DNA of 63,102 nucleotides, counting the filler, from Chiloscyllium plagiosum (Eukaryota), in assembly GCF_004010195.1 (NCBI RefSeq). It is 3 parts of one record of this genome, joined end to end, with 100 filler letters (N's around TTAATTAATTAA, not from the genome) between each part and the next. Parts side by side here need not be neighbours in the genome. Positions count along the whole stretch, not along the records: positions 37,162 to 63,102 come from NC_057714.1; 2 more parts are not named here. One strand, given 5' to 3'. Position numbers and translations under genes: made by a program. Below are positions 37,162-49,040 of the stretch, piece after piece. Each line of letters begins with the position of its first letter. Position 1 is the first letter of the stretch. The notes under the pieces were generated by a model. It was not told the origin of the DNA and searched no databases. It worked only from the letters and a program-made list of their open reading frames with translations.

Positions 37162-37550
37162 GCCTGAAGGAAGAGCACCTCATCTTCCGCCTAGGAACCC
37201 TCCAACCACAAGGGATGAATGCAGATTTCTCCAGCTTTCTCATTTCCTCTACCCCCACCTTTTCCCAGTCCCAACCCTCAGACTCAGCACCGCCTTCTTG
37301 ACCTGCTATCTTCTTCCCGACCTCTACGACCCCACCCCCTCTCTGGTCTATCACCCTCACCTTAACCTCCTTCCACCTATTGTATTCCCAACACCCTTCC
37401 CCCAAGTCCCTCCTCCCTACCTTTTACCTTAGCCTGCTTGGAACACCCTCCTCATTCCTGAAGAAGGGCTCATGCCCGACACATCGATTCTCCTGCTCCT
37501 TGGATGCTGCCTGACCTGCTGCGCTTTTCCAGCAACACATTTTTCAGCTC
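37162..37550 (+). mobile_element. PLE 3' end (GIY-YIG C-terminus plus pLTR)
   Basis: LKEEHLIFRLGTLQPQGMNADFSSF; hammerhead at 37458 with GAAA mutated to GACA. Confidence 0.85.
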
Positions 37551-37676
37551 TCGCAGGATCTTGTCAAACATCCACAGGATCAACCAAAACCTAAAGATGT
37601 TGGAGACCTGTAAGAGAAACAGAAAGTACTGGAGAAACTCAGCAGGTCTGTGGAGAGAGAAAGCAGATTTAATGTT

Positions 37677-37990
37677 TTAGAACAAAGAACAAAGAAAATT
37701 TACAGCCCAGGAACAGGCCCTTCGGCCCTCCAAGCCAGAGCCGATCCAAATGTACTGTCTAAACCTGTCGGTCAATTCCTAAGCATCTGTATCCCTCTGC
37801 TCCCCACCTACTCCTGCATCTGTCCAGATACATCTTAAATGAATCTGCCTGCCTCTACCACCTCTGCTGGCAACGCGTTCCAAACGCCCACCACCCTCTG
37901 TGTGAAGTACTTGCCGCGTGTATCCCCCTTAAACTTTCCACCTCTCACCTTGAAAGGATGGCCTCTTGTTATTGAATCCTTCACCCTGGG
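37677..37990 (-). mobile_element. CR1 3' end nested in a PLE inverted pLTR pair (about 37610-38115)
   Basis: agaacaaagaac tail and CR1 terminus, flanked by ctggagaaactcagcaggtctg and cagaccggctgagtttatccag. Confidence 0.65.
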
Positions 37991-38344
37991 TTTTGAGTCG
38001 GTCGAGTGTTTCAAAGGAATATCAGACTGGACGCGAAAATGTTATCTCTGTTTTTCTCTCTCTCTCTCTGCAGGTGCTGTCAGACCGGCTGAGTTTATCC
38101 AGCACCTTCCTGTCTTTATTCAATGGAAAGTTAACAAAACAGCAGTGGAAATATTTCAACTCAGAGACAGAAGAGCTACATGTCAAATTTAATCTGAACG
38201 AGGAGTCGGAATGAGATTGAAAGCCAGAAGTGGACCTGGGGGAATTTAAAAGAATCAAATCTGTCTCCAAAGGAAAAAAAGCTATTAAGTGCTTGGAAGG
38301 ACAGTAATAAAAAAGCAAAACGAGGACAACATTTTAAATCTTTT

Positions 38345-38550
38345 CACGAAAGCCGGGTATCGCTGGCTGGGCCCAGCATTTATTACCCGTCCCTAGTTGC
38401 CCCCTTGAGAAGGTGGGGGTGAGCTGCCTTCTTGAACCGCTGCAGTCCACCTGCTGTGGGTTGACCCACAATGTCCTAAGGGAGGGAATTCCAGGATTGT
38501 GACCCAGTGACCCTGAAGGAACGGAAATATAGTTCCAAAGTCCGGATGGT
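38345..38550 (-). mobile_element. Zenon/L2-like LINE 3' tail
   Basis: Near-identical to 19070-19265. Confidence 0.8.
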
Positions 38551-39369
38551 GGGTCAGGGTTCTGTCGGTCTGTTGGGGTTAACGCAACAGACTGTGAGTT
38601 GATGTGAGGATGCTAAGCCCCACCATTCCCCCCACCCTCAAAAACAAACAAATCTGTGCTAGGGAGATTGGAAACAAAAGAAACAGAAATTTGCTGGAGG
38701 CTACATCTGTGGAGAGAGAAACAGAGAGAGAATACTTTGGATCCAGTGACCCTTCTTCAGAATGGATAGTAGCTAGGAAAATGTGGCGTATATGTTGAAG
38801 ACAGAGGGTGGGGTGAGGGGGAGGAGTAAGTGTTTGGTCAAGACAGAGCCTAGAGGAAGAAGAGGAGACAAAAAAGATGCAGATGCTGGAGTCCAAGGTA
38901 GACAGGCAGGAGGCAGGAGGAATCCAGCAAGCCAGGCAGCATCAGGAGGGGGAGAAGGCAATCTTTCGGGTGTAACCTTTCGGAGGGTATTTGAAATTGG
39001 AGAATCTGCTTGGTGGTTGGAGTGGAAGGGATGGGGAGGAATGCAGTCAGGCCAATAAAGGGGTGGGTAATAGGGAGCATGGGAAGAAAATCTGGCAATG
39101 GGAACAATTTGTGCATGTAAATGTGTTGGCTGGGCTGGGGGAAGACCACACAGTGACATGTTCTGGGGTGTGGAGTTCAGGGGTAGGACATGGGATAATG
39201 TGCTCAGGACCTACGATTATTGAATTCAGTATTGAGTTCCGAAGGATGTAGAGTCCCAAAGCAGAAAACAAGGTGCTGTTCTTCCAGCTTGCACTGAGCT
39301 TCACTGGAGCAAACCTGAGACATTAGATGTTGGCCAGGAGACAGAGTAGTGTGTTAAAGTGGAAGGAAA

Positions 39370-39506
39370 CAGTCTGGTCTATCTCAGTCTGGTCTTTCTC
39401 AGCCTGGTCTCTCAGCCTGGTCTCTCTCAGCCTGGTCTCTCTCTCAGTCTGGTCTCTCTCAGTCTGGCCTCTCTCAGTCGGGTCTCTCTCAGTCTAGTCT
39501 CTCTCA
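39370..39506 (+). repeat. Short block of the 15-bp minisatellite CTGGTCTCTCTCAG(C/T)
   Basis: About 9 units, flanked by gttaaagtgg at 39353-39362 and 39507-39516. Confidence 0.9.
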
Positions 39507-39804
39507 GTTAAAGTGGCACAATATAGGTGTTCTACGAATTTTTCACCCAATCTGCATTTTGTCTCCCCAGCGTAGAGGAAGCCACACTGTGAGCAGCAAA
39601 TACAACAGACTAAGTTGTGTGAAGTTCAGGTAAAGCACTGCTTCAATTGGAAGGCAAGATGGCAGCAGAGTAGGAGGTCCAACCACAACTCTTCTGGCTC
39701 CTTCTGTTATTTCTTGTTTTTTATTCTTTTTCTTTCTTTTTTTTCTCTTCTCTCCCCCTTTTTGGTGTGTTTCCCCTTTTGGTGTTCACCTCCCACATGG
39801 CAAG

Positions 39805-40640
39805 TCTCTGCCTGGTCTCTCTCTGCCTGATCTCTTGGCCTGGTCTGTCAGCCTGGTCTCTCTTGGCCTGGTCTGTCGGCCTGGTCTCTCTTGGCCTGGT
39901 CTGTCAGCCTGGTCTCTCTCAGCCTGGTCTTTCTCAGTCTGGTCTTTCTCAGCCTGGTCTCTCTCAGCCTGGTCTCTCTCAGCCTGGTCTCTCGGCCTGG
40001 TCTCTCAGCCTGGACTCTCCCTGCCTGGCCTCTCTCTGCCTGGTCTCTCAGCCTGGTCTCTCTCTCAGTCTGGTCTCTCTCTCAGTCTGGTCTATCTCAG
40101 TCTGGTCTCTCTCAGTCTGGTCTCTCTCAGCCTGGTCTCTCTCAGTCTGGTCTCTCGGCCTGGTCTCTCTCTCAGCCTGGTCTCTCGGCCTGGTCTCTCT
40201 CTCAGCCTGGTCTCTCAGCCTGGACTCTCCCTGACTGGCCTCTCTCTGCCTGGTCTCTCGGCCTGGTCTCTCTCTCAGTCTGGTCTCTCTCTCAGTCTGG
40301 TCTATCTCAGTCTGGTCTTTCTCAGTCTGGTCTCTCTCAGCCTGGTCTCTCTCAGTCTGGTCTCTCGGCCTGGTCTCTCTCTCAGCCTGGTCTCTCAGCC
40401 TGGTCTCTCTCAGTCTGGTCTCTCTCAGCCTGGTCTCTCTCTCAGTCTGGTCTCTCTCAGTCTGGTCTCTCTCAGTCTGGTCTCTCTCAGTCTAGTCTCT
40501 CTCAGCCTGGTGTCTCTCAGTCTGGTCTCTCGGCCTGGTCTCTCTCTCAGCCTGGTTTCTCAGCCTGGTCTCTCTCGGCCTCGTCTCTCTCGGCCTGGTT
40601 TCTGGCCTGGTCTCGCAGCCTGGTCTCGCAGCCTGGTCTT
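39805..40640 (+). repeat. Minisatellite, 13-17 bp unit CTGGTCT(CT)nCAG(C/T)
   Basis: Roughly 55 tandem units with higher-order blocks (ctggactctccctg variant at about 40010 and 40220). Confidence 0.95.
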
Positions 40641-40962
40641 GCACCTTGTCTCCTGGCGGTGTGTTGTTCAGTCTTATGGTGGTGTCTTGGCTCAGCATGT
40701 GAGTGGATCCTGCACGGTCATGTTCCTGAGAGTCTGGGGGAGATTGGAGAGGCAGCGATAGTGTCTGGCAGTAGTATCAAGAAGAGACATCAGAGCGAGA
40801 TAAGCAGAAGACTCATCAAAGACTGTTGAACTTATAACTTATTCCTTTATCTTACTAGTTTACGCGTGGAAAGGCTTTAAAGTAAACTCTTACCTATTTC
40901 TTTATTTTTCTACTGTTCTATGAAGTAACGCTTAACTTTTTAACTCTCATCACTTTGTACTT

Positions 40963-41421
40963 AGTTAAAAATCACACAACATCAGGTTATAGTGCAGCAG
41001 GTTTATTTGGAAGCACTAGCTTTCGGAACGCTGCTCCTCCATCAGGTGGTTGTGGAACAGGACCATAAGACACAGAATTTAGAGCAAAAGATCACAGGGT
41101 CATGCAACTGAAACAATATCTCGAGAATGTGACTTAAAAGAAGTTCTGGCATTTACATATTAATGAACTGAAATCTGCAACCCATTCTAAAAGATGAAAG
41201 ACTTAATAACAATCTAGGTTTGTTCAATATATTGTTTTAATTGCATGACGCTGTGATCTTTTGTTATAAATCCTGTGTCATGTGGTCCTGCAGCACTTAT
41301 TACCTGATGAAGGAGCAGCGCTCCGAAAGCTAGTGCTTCCAAATAAGCCTGAAGTACTGTAACCTGGTGTTGTGATTTTTAACTTTGCTCCCCCCCAGTC
41401 CAACACCAGCTTCTCCACATT
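40963..41421 (+). mobile_element. PLE family B inverted pLTR insertion with tail
   Basis: The left arm aaaaatcacacaac...gaagcactagctttcggaacgctgctcc is the reverse complement of the right arm ggagcagcgctccgaaagctagtgcttcc...gtgatttttaac; a tail extends to about 41421. Confidence 0.85.
41301..41335 (+). ncRNA. Minimal type-I hammerhead ribozyme (PLE family B)
   Basis: uac-CUGAUGA-A-GGAGC(AGC)GCUCC-GAAAG-CUA-gug, with palindromic AGCU in stem III. Confidence 0.65.
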
Positions 41422-41849
41422 GTAGTTTGTAACTAAGCTTGTTTTATACCTAGGTATTTAAGATGGCGCCGTTTAGGGTGACAATAGACGTTTTTCACTG
41501 TACTCCCAGTCTCCTGTCCTTCTGTACTCCTGTACTGCTGGACTTGAGTACATGTGACAATAAACTCTAAAATCTAAATCTAAAGGAGTGCCTGGGGCCT
41601 TGGATAGTGAGGAGGGAGGTAGTAAACAGGCAGATGTTACACCTTTTGAGATTGCAGGGAAGGTGCTATGGCTCTGTGGGAGAGTGGGAGAAACATGTAC
41701 CAAGGTGTTCTGGAAGGAACGGTCACCGGGGGAAGGCTGTCAAGGGAGGGGAGAGGAATATGTGTCTGGTGGTGGCACCTTGCTGGAGGTGACAGAAATG
41801 GCGGCTAATGATCCTCTAGATGTTGGTGCTGGTGGGATGGTAGGTGAGA

Positions 41850-42062
41850 ACAAGAGAAAAAGATCAGGAAATGGCATCATCATGGGAATGACATCACTAC
41901 AGGAAATGACATCACCAACCTAAGGAAACCTAAACACATGAATAGAAAAGCAGGCACGAACATCAGTACTTCATTGGAGGCTCACTGATGATGTCACCTC
42001 GTACAATGTCAAAATGTCTGAAAGTGAACCTTCCAGCTCAGCGAGCAAACCTACATCCAGAA
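41850..42062 (+). mobile_element. Poseidon-like PLE pLTR remnant (family C)
   Basis: ggaaatgacatcacc...ctcactgatgatgtcacc...gaaccttccagctcagcgagcaaacctacatccag; matches the reverse of 52857-53080. Confidence 0.7.
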
Positions 42063-42914
42063 GGCGAATCCTATCATTGATGTGGGAGGGAAGAGGGGGT
42101 GAGGGCTGAGGTGTGTGTAGTGGGTCAGATGTGGCCAGGAGTGTTCCATGGTGGGGCCATGGTCCAGGGGGAGATGGGAAGGGGTATCTGAGAGCTGCTC
42201 CACAGCCTTTGCCATGTAGAGTCTAGATTAGAGTGGTGCTGGAAAAGCACAGCAGGTCAGGCAGCAGCCGAGGAGCAGGAAAATAGTGGCCAGTCTGCCA
42301 GACAACAACAGCACCACCCTTCTTGGCAGGGCTGACTGCAAAATCATGGGTTGGATCTGAAAGCACGGAGTTCAGTCAGTTCAGTGGGAGATGGAGTCGT
42401 CTGGGTAGGGTGGAGGGAGCAGACAAATTGACGTAGCCATTGTCGCGTTGACAGTTCTCAATGTACAGGATAAGTGCAGATAAAAGGCCGGAGGAAGGGT
42501 CTGAGTGGAGGGTGAGTGTGAGAGACGGATGTGGACATCTGTGGGATGGGGAGGGGACTCCTTCCCAAAGAAATGGGCACGGAGGCGACTGAGGAAGAGA
42601 TCAACTTCGTGTCATGCCTGAAATTCCTTGGCGAAGAGGATAAAGATGGGAAAAACTAAGACTTTGCTGAGAACATGTAGCATCAGAGAGTGAAGGTACA
42701 GACTTGGGTGTGTCTCAGGCACTTAGGTGGCCACCTTCAGGGCTCCCCTGCTGTTGAGGTCCCCACGTGTAGGAGGTCCTGCCTTCCTGAAGCTGTTGAC
42801 CAATCAGAAGGTTGTAATCCAGAGCTCCAGGCTAGTGTCCGAATTACAACATGGCCGATACTGAAATTTAAATTGAATAAATATCTGGAACAGAAAGACA
42901 ATCCAAACTATCGT

Positions 42915-43120
42915 CGATTGTCATAAAAACTTTAGTGGACATTAGTGGTTCACTGATGTCCTTTCAGGAAGGAACCTGCCATCCTTACCTGGTCAGGCCT
43001 GCAAGTGACTCCAGACCAACAGCAATGCGATTTCCTCTTCACTGCCCTCTGGGCAATTAGAGATGGGCAATACATGCTGGCCTAGTCTGCAACCCATGTC
43101 CCGTGAATGAATTAAAAAGA
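42915..43120 (+). mobile_element. Second-family SINE core plus tail
   Basis: gtcctttcaggaaggaacctgccatccttacctgg...ctgccctctgggcaattagagatgggcaatacatgctggcc. Confidence 0.75.
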
Positions 43121-43344
43121 AAATTCACCTGCCAGAGGTCCATGATGGAATTCCAGACTGAAGGAGTGAAGGCAGGTAGAGGATCATGGGATGTGGATCA
43201 TGGAAGGGGTGGTCAAGGGCAAAGGTGTATAGGTGGTCTTCACCTCCCCTCCCCTCCTCCCCCCCCCCCCAATTCCGGATGTTGTATCGTTCAGACATGT
43301 ACAGAGTGTCTGACTCTGAGAGATCCTTAAACAAGCCAAACAGG

Positions 43345-43525
43345 GTACTGCAGATGCTGGAGATTACAGTCAAGATTAGAGTGGTGCTGGAAAAGCACAG
43401 CAGGTCAGGTAACATCCGAGGAGCAGGAGAATTGATATTCCTGATGAAGGGCCTTTGCCCGAAATGTTAATTTTCCTGCACCTCGGATTCTGCCTGACCT
43501 GCTGTGCTTTTCCAGCACCACTCTA
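43345..43525 (-). mobile_element. Compact PLE inverted pLTR insertion
   Basis: Arms agagtggtgctggaaaagcacagcagg and cctgctgtgcttttccagcaccactct; hammerhead ctgatgaagggcctttgcccgaaatgtt at 43441. Confidence 0.8.
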
Positions 43526-43874
43526 AACTGAGCAGGGGTCCAGGCAGCTGTGCAGCCACTACTGAAACCCACTAAATTACAATGGCTGCCAACTGGCATA
43601 TAAATGAAACTAACTGACCTCCCTGGGCCAATGGCCAGGTCTCCATCCACCCTTGGAGGAGGCTTGGTCGCCACCAGGAGATTGATGAGGGGTCTTTCCA
43701 ACAATTAAACTGTCTTATGGGCATATTGGTGGATAGGGTTTGTGGAGTCAGGAGGTGAGTTACTTACTACAGGATTCTTAGCCTCCGACCTGCTCTTGTA
43801 GCCGTTGTATAACTAGTCCAATAGTAACCCAATGGTCACTGCAGTTTGTGGTCAATGGAAACCCCCGGTCAACT

Positions 43875-44527
43875 GAGTCATAGAGCACAGATACAGACCC
43901 TTTGGTTAACTCCTTCATGCTGACCAGATATCCTAAATAAATCTAGTCCCATTTGCCAGCACCTGGCCCATATCCTTCTAAACTGAGCTGAAAATGTGTT
44001 GCTGGAAAAGCGCAGCAGGTCAGGCAGCATCCAAGGAACAGGAGAATCGACGTTTCGGGCATGAGCCCTTCTTCAGGAATTCTTCAGGCTTATGCCCGAA
44101 ATGTCGAGCAACACATTTTCAGCTCTGATCTCCAGCATCTGCAGCCCTCACTTTCTCCTCATATCCTTCTTAACCCTTCCTAATCATCCAGATGCCTTTT
44201 AAATGTTGTAATTGTACCAGCCTCCACCACTTCCTCTGGCAGCTCATTCCATACACGCATCACCCTCTAGGTGAAAAAGTTGTCCCTTTGGTCCCTTTTA
44301 AATTTTTCCTCTCTCACCTTAAACCCGTGCCCTCTAGTTTTGGACTGCCCTACCCTGGGGAAAAGACCTTGTCTATTTATCCTATCCATGCCCCCTCATA
44401 ATTTTGTAAACCTCTACAAGGTCACCCCTCAGCCCCCGACGCTCCAGGGAAAACAGCCCCAGCCTGTTCAGCCTCTCCCTATAGCTCAAATCCTCCAACC
44501 CTGCCAACATCCTTGTAAATCTTTCTG
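43875..44527 (-). mobile_element. CR1 3' end with a PLE insertion (43984-44159)
   Basis: RFTRMLAGLEDLSYRERLNRLGLFSLERR. The PLE is flanked by catatccttctaaac and catatccttcttaac. Confidence 0.85.
44044..44080 (-). ncRNA. Minimal hammerhead ribozyme core (PLE family A)
   Basis: Reverse strand: auuc-CUGAAGA-A-GGGC(UCAU)GCCC-GAAAC-GUC-gauuc. Confidence 0.6.
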
Positions 44528-45089
44528 TTGATAGTGGGTGGGGGTGGGAGGGGGAGGCTTCCATTATGGTAACACCATTGGGCGCACAGAGCGATGGTTC
44601 AATTCCCCTCTTATTGAAGATGATCGATGACATCGTGGCACACATTTAAAATGATACTTCAGAGTTGTGATAATAAAAATGTTCTCGGGGTTGGGTGGGG
44701 GGAGCATGTTGGTGGTGCGTTCATCACCAATGGTTAACTATAGAAGATCAGGAATGCATCCCATTAAGGAACAAGCATATAATTGCACAAGAGTGACTGG
44801 CAGGTCCAGAATAATTGCAAAGATTTTAAAATAACCAGTGGAAATTTGAGGCTTATTGAAGTTTACTCCTTGCACTCATCAGGATATTTCATTAGAATAC
44901 AAATTCCAGGGGGAACCAAAATTTAAGGGAGAACACTACTGTTTGGTTTGCTTTGGCCTCTCTCTTCAAACATTCAAGGAAACTCTTACACAAGTGGACA
45001 AGCTGGTCAAGAAGGCACATGTCATATAATAAAAATTAATAAGTCATATTGCAGCTGTATAGAGCTTGAGTTAGGTCACATTTGGAATA

Positions 45090-45770
45090 CTGACCTCATA
45101 GAGGTTTATAAAAAAATCATGAGGGGCACGGATAGGGTGAATAGTCAAGGTCTTTTCCCCAGGGTAGCGCAGTTCAAAACTCCCTAGAGGGTATGGGTTT
45201 AAGGTGAGAGGGGAAAGATTTAAATAGGGGCAACCTTTTCACCCAGAGGGTGGTCCATGTATGGAATGAGCTGCCAGAGGAAGTGGTGGAGGCTGGTACA
45301 ATTACAACATTTAAAAGGCATCTGGATGGGTCTATGAATAGGAAGGGTTTGGAGGGATATGGGCCCAATTCTGACAAATGGGACTAGATTGATTGAAGAT
45401 AATTGAGGGCGGCACGGTGGCTCAGTGGTTAGCACTGCTGCCTCACAGCACCAGGGTCCCAGGTTCGATTCCCACCTCGGGTGACTGTCTGTGTGGAGTT
45501 TGCACCTTCTCCCAGTGTCTGTGTGGGTTTCCTCCGGGTGCTCCGGTTTCCTCCCACAGTCCAAAGATGTGCAGGTCAGGATGAATTGGCCATGCTAAAT
45601 TGCCCATAGTGTTAGGTGCATTAGTCAGAGGGAAATAGATCTGGATGGGTTACCCTTCAGAGGGTTAGTGTGGACTTGTTGGGCCGAATGGCCTGTTTCC
45701 ACACTGTAGATAATCTAATCTAATACCTGGTTGGCATTGACGAGTTGGACCAAAGTGTCTGTGTGACTCC
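45090..45770 (+). mobile_element. CR1 3' end with a full HE1 SINE (45407-45724) in its 3' UTR
   Basis: CR1 C-terminus, then gggcggcacggtggctcagtgg...(taatc)n, after which the CR1 UTR resumes at ctggttggcattgacgagttggacc. Confidence 0.85.
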
Positions 45771-46544
45771 ATGTCTCACGGACATAGATTGAAGCTGGAA
45801 ACCAATCTGCCCTAAACCATCTCCCACATCATTTGGAAGAATGTGCAGAACATGCACTATTTTCTGAGAATAACAAAAGGCAGAGATCAAAGATTTCCCC
45901 TCGCATAGGGCAGTTACAGAATGCAGTGTCCCGGCTGAGCTGCAAAATTGGGTTGACATTTCAATCCTGTGTACCCATCAAACCATGAGTAAACGTGGCT
46001 CTGTGATTAATTTCATACAAAGGTGCTACTTTTTAATGTTTCTTTTCCTGTACACAGGTTATGAGAGTAAACTCGATCTTCTATCACCTGGTGCAAAGAA
46101 TTCTAATGAGATCATCAGATTTAAAGTCACATTATGCAAATATCAACCATATATGGTTTAATATTCAGAAAGATCCAAACAAAATTAAAGCAATGCAGAC
46201 AAATTAGTGTATATTAGCTGAAACAGCAGGCGATAATTTGTGACTCAACTTTGCCATTGCCTTATATTGACTCATTTGAAAAAAAGAGATGAGACTGAAT
46301 TTTCCCCCTTTTTAATGCAGGGTCACTGATGCAATCTCAGAAGCTACTGGGTTTATAAAAGGCAAGTTTTCTTGAAAGCAATTTTGGCAAAGCAATTGAA
46401 ATAATAACTCAAAAGCTCACTCTGTCTGATCCCAGCTGATAATAACACTGGACACGTCTGATCCCAGAATGATATCAAAATTCGCAGAATATATGTCTTT
46501 TCAAATTCCAGTTCATTCGATGGTCAGTCATAAAGTCTTCGAGA

Positions 46545-47065
46545 TAGGAATGATGTTGTGAAACTTGAAAGGGTGCAGAAAAGATTACAAGGATGTTGCC
46601 AGGGTTGGAGGGTTTGAGCTATAGGGAGAGGCTGAATAGGCTGGGGCTGTTTTCCCTGGAGCGTCGGAGGCTGAGGGGTGACCTTGTAGAGGTTTATAAA
46701 ATCATGAAGGGACATGGATAGGATAAATAGACAAGGTCTTTTTCCCAGGGTTGACGAAATTCAAAACTAGAGGGCATAGGTTTAAGGTGAGAGGGGAAAG
46801 ATTTAAAAAGGGACATAAGGGTCTTTTCCCTAGGGTAGGGGAGTCCAAAACTCCCTAGAGGGCCTGAGTTTAGTCTCTGTCTAATGGGGGTGCAGGCCTA
46901 TGGACTGGTAAGAATATGGTGACTTTAACTTTCAGTCCTACCAGGGCTGCAGAATCTCACTAAAAACACAACCAAACATTGTCACATGAACGACAAAAGA
47001 GAAAATGGTAGAGACAAGTTGGGCCGAAGGACCTGTTTCCATGCGGTATACCTCTATGACTCTAA
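46545..47065 (+). mobile_element. CR1 3' fragments
   Basis: aggatgttgccagggttggagggtttgagctatagggagaggctgaatagg and a tail ending ctctatgactct. Confidence 0.8.
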
Positions 47066-47539
47066 ACCAAGCCATTCAACAATCCATGCTTAGGCAGAGT
47101 GAATGGGCCAAATGGCCTAATTCTGCTCCTATATGGTCTTATCCAGCGAGAGAAGATATTTTAACAATGTCTTAAAGCACTGAGCAAATCAATCTCTTTG
47201 GTTGTGATCGTGGCAAAATGAGGTAAAAAGCCCAGCAAATCCCAGCACAGCTCCAGGAACACCTGGGCAGTGTCCTAAGACCATTGTCTGGTGCCAAACG
47301 ATGGGCACAGGACGCCCCTCCTCTGTACCGTCCAATCCAGCAGAGCCACCAGGTTCCTGTCAGACAATCCCAGCACCACCCTCTCGCTCTTCACCATGTT
47401 CTGAGTGTGTGTCCATCACCAAGCAGGGTACCTCCTGGATGCATGTACTCTTGCATGTGCAGAGTCAACTTTCATTTAAAATTCAGTTATGGGGTGTGTG
47501 CATCGCTAACTAGTCCTGCCCTTATGACCCACCAAAGGG

Positions 47540-47780
47540 CAGTTCAGAGTTGCTGTGGGTCTGGAGTCACATGTAGACCAGACCAGGTAAGGATGGCAGT
47601 TTCCTTCCCTAAAGGATATTAGTGACCCAGATGGGTGAGTCCCCAACAATCAAATTTAGTCTTATGATCATCATTGGACTCTTAATTCCAGATTTACATT
47701 AAATTAAATTCCATGACAGGATTTGAACCCAGGTCCCTGGAGCAATAGGCTCCTAACGATATCACTGGGCCATTGCTTGG
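47540..47780 (-). mobile_element. Second-family SINE with tRNA head
   Basis: Reverse strand shows A box tggcccagtga, B box gggttcaaatcc, and the core gggaaggaaactgccatccttacctggtctgg. Confidence 0.7.
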
Positions 47781-47829
47781 GGAGCGTGTGCTGACACCAG
47801 GGAGGCTGATCTTTTAGTGTATCAGTGCA

Positions 47830-48152
47830 AGAATAGAATCACTACATGCCCTTCATCCCAACAAACAGGCCCTTCATGCCGACCCTCTGAAGAGTAACCT
47901 ACCCAGACCCATTCCTCTACCTTATTACTCTACATTTACCCCTGACTAAGGCACCTAACTAATTCCTGGACACTATGGGCAATTTCCCATGGCCAATTCA
48001 CCTAAACTTGCACATCTTTGGACTGTGGGAGGAAACCAATGCAGGCACGGTGAAAATGTGCAAACTCCACACAGGCAGCCGCTCAAGGCTGGAATCGAAC
48101 CCGGATCCGTGGCGTTGTGAGGCAGCAGTGCTAACCACTGAGCTACCGTGCT
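47830..48152 (-). mobile_element. HE1-type V-SINE
   Basis: Reverse strand cacggtagctcagtggttagcactgctgcctcac, V-domain and tail. Confidence 0.85.
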
Positions 48153-48529
48153 GAACAGGCTTCGTTGTTGATGATGAGCTGGCTCAGGACTGATGGACTC
48201 CCTTTCAGCTCTACCTTTCCTTTTTGTTCCTTATTCTTAAACTATTCAAAATGGCGCTGGACAGTGGGGACAGTGGAAAAGCTTTTCATTGTGTTTCACT
48301 GTTTTTCTCGCTGTAAAATACATATGACAACAAAATTACCCATTCCCTCATTTGTACTCTTAGAGCTAGTCCAGTTCAGTAAGGAGGACATCATAGAGGT
48401 AACAGGGTTGGGTTTTCCATTGGCATTTCTGATGCCTAGGTCTCTGATGGTTGGCTTCATTCTAATAATTTCAGGCAATTTGATGCAATAAAGTGTCTTG
48501 CTCAACCAGGTCAAAGAGCGGTTAAGGGT

Positions 48530-49040
48530 TATCGAGACATCCAGCACGGAAACAGACCCTTCGGTCGAACCAGTCCCACCTGCCTGTATCCCTCCAAACA
48601 TTTCCTACTCATGTCTTTGTAACTGTGTCCATATCCACCACTTCATCTGGAGGTTCATTCCACACTCTGTGTAAAACAGTTGCCCCTCGTTGTCTTTTTA
48701 AAATCTTTTTCCTGTCACTTTAAAAATGCGCCTCCAGTATTGAAACCCCCTATCCATGAGAGAAGAGAACTACCATCAACCCTATCTATGCTCCTCATGA
48801 TTTTATAAACCTTTACAAGGTCACCTCTCAACCTCCTAGGCTCCAGTGAAAATAATCCCATCCTGCCCAGCCTCTCCTTACAACAAAAACCCTCCATTCC
48901 CAGCAACATCCTGGTAAATCTCTTCTGAACCCTTTCCAGTTGTAGATATCCTTCCTATAGCAGAGTGACCAGAACTGGACGGAGTGCTCCAGAAAAGCCC
49001 TCACCTACATCCTGTACAACCTCAACATTGACATCCCAAC
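48530..49040 (-). mobile_element. CR1 3' fragment
   Basis: MLLGMEGFCCKERLGRMGLFSLEPRRLRGDL. Confidence 0.85.

Larger units (their letters stand above)
39655..41584 (+). mobile_element. Non-autonomous retroelement (AAGATGGC start, tgacaataaa-(tctaaa)n end) containing a minisatellite and a PLE insertion
   Basis: 5' aagatggcagcagagtaggaggtcc and 3' gagtacatgtgacaataaactctaaaatctaaatctaaa. It interrupts the PLE coding remnant. Confidence 0.6.
38870..42690 (-). mobile_element. Decayed Neptune-like Penelope element (N-terminus, DKG motif, Cys linker, GIY-YIG, pLTR) with nested insertions
   Basis: Reverse translations: LSRLRAHFFGKESPP (~42560-42600), SPAKKGGAVVV (~42300-42335), CNLKRCNICLFTTSLLTIQGPRHS (~41590-41660), NLVCCICCSQCGFLYAGETKCRLGEKFVEH (~39530-39620) and KLEEQHLVFCFGTLHPSELNTEF (~39220-39290). 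Confidence 0.8.

Noticed and set aside
39767..40829. 300-aa ORFs (SLVSL / QPGLS / AWSLS repeats)
   Set aside because: They come from a stop-free minisatellite that is open in all three frames.
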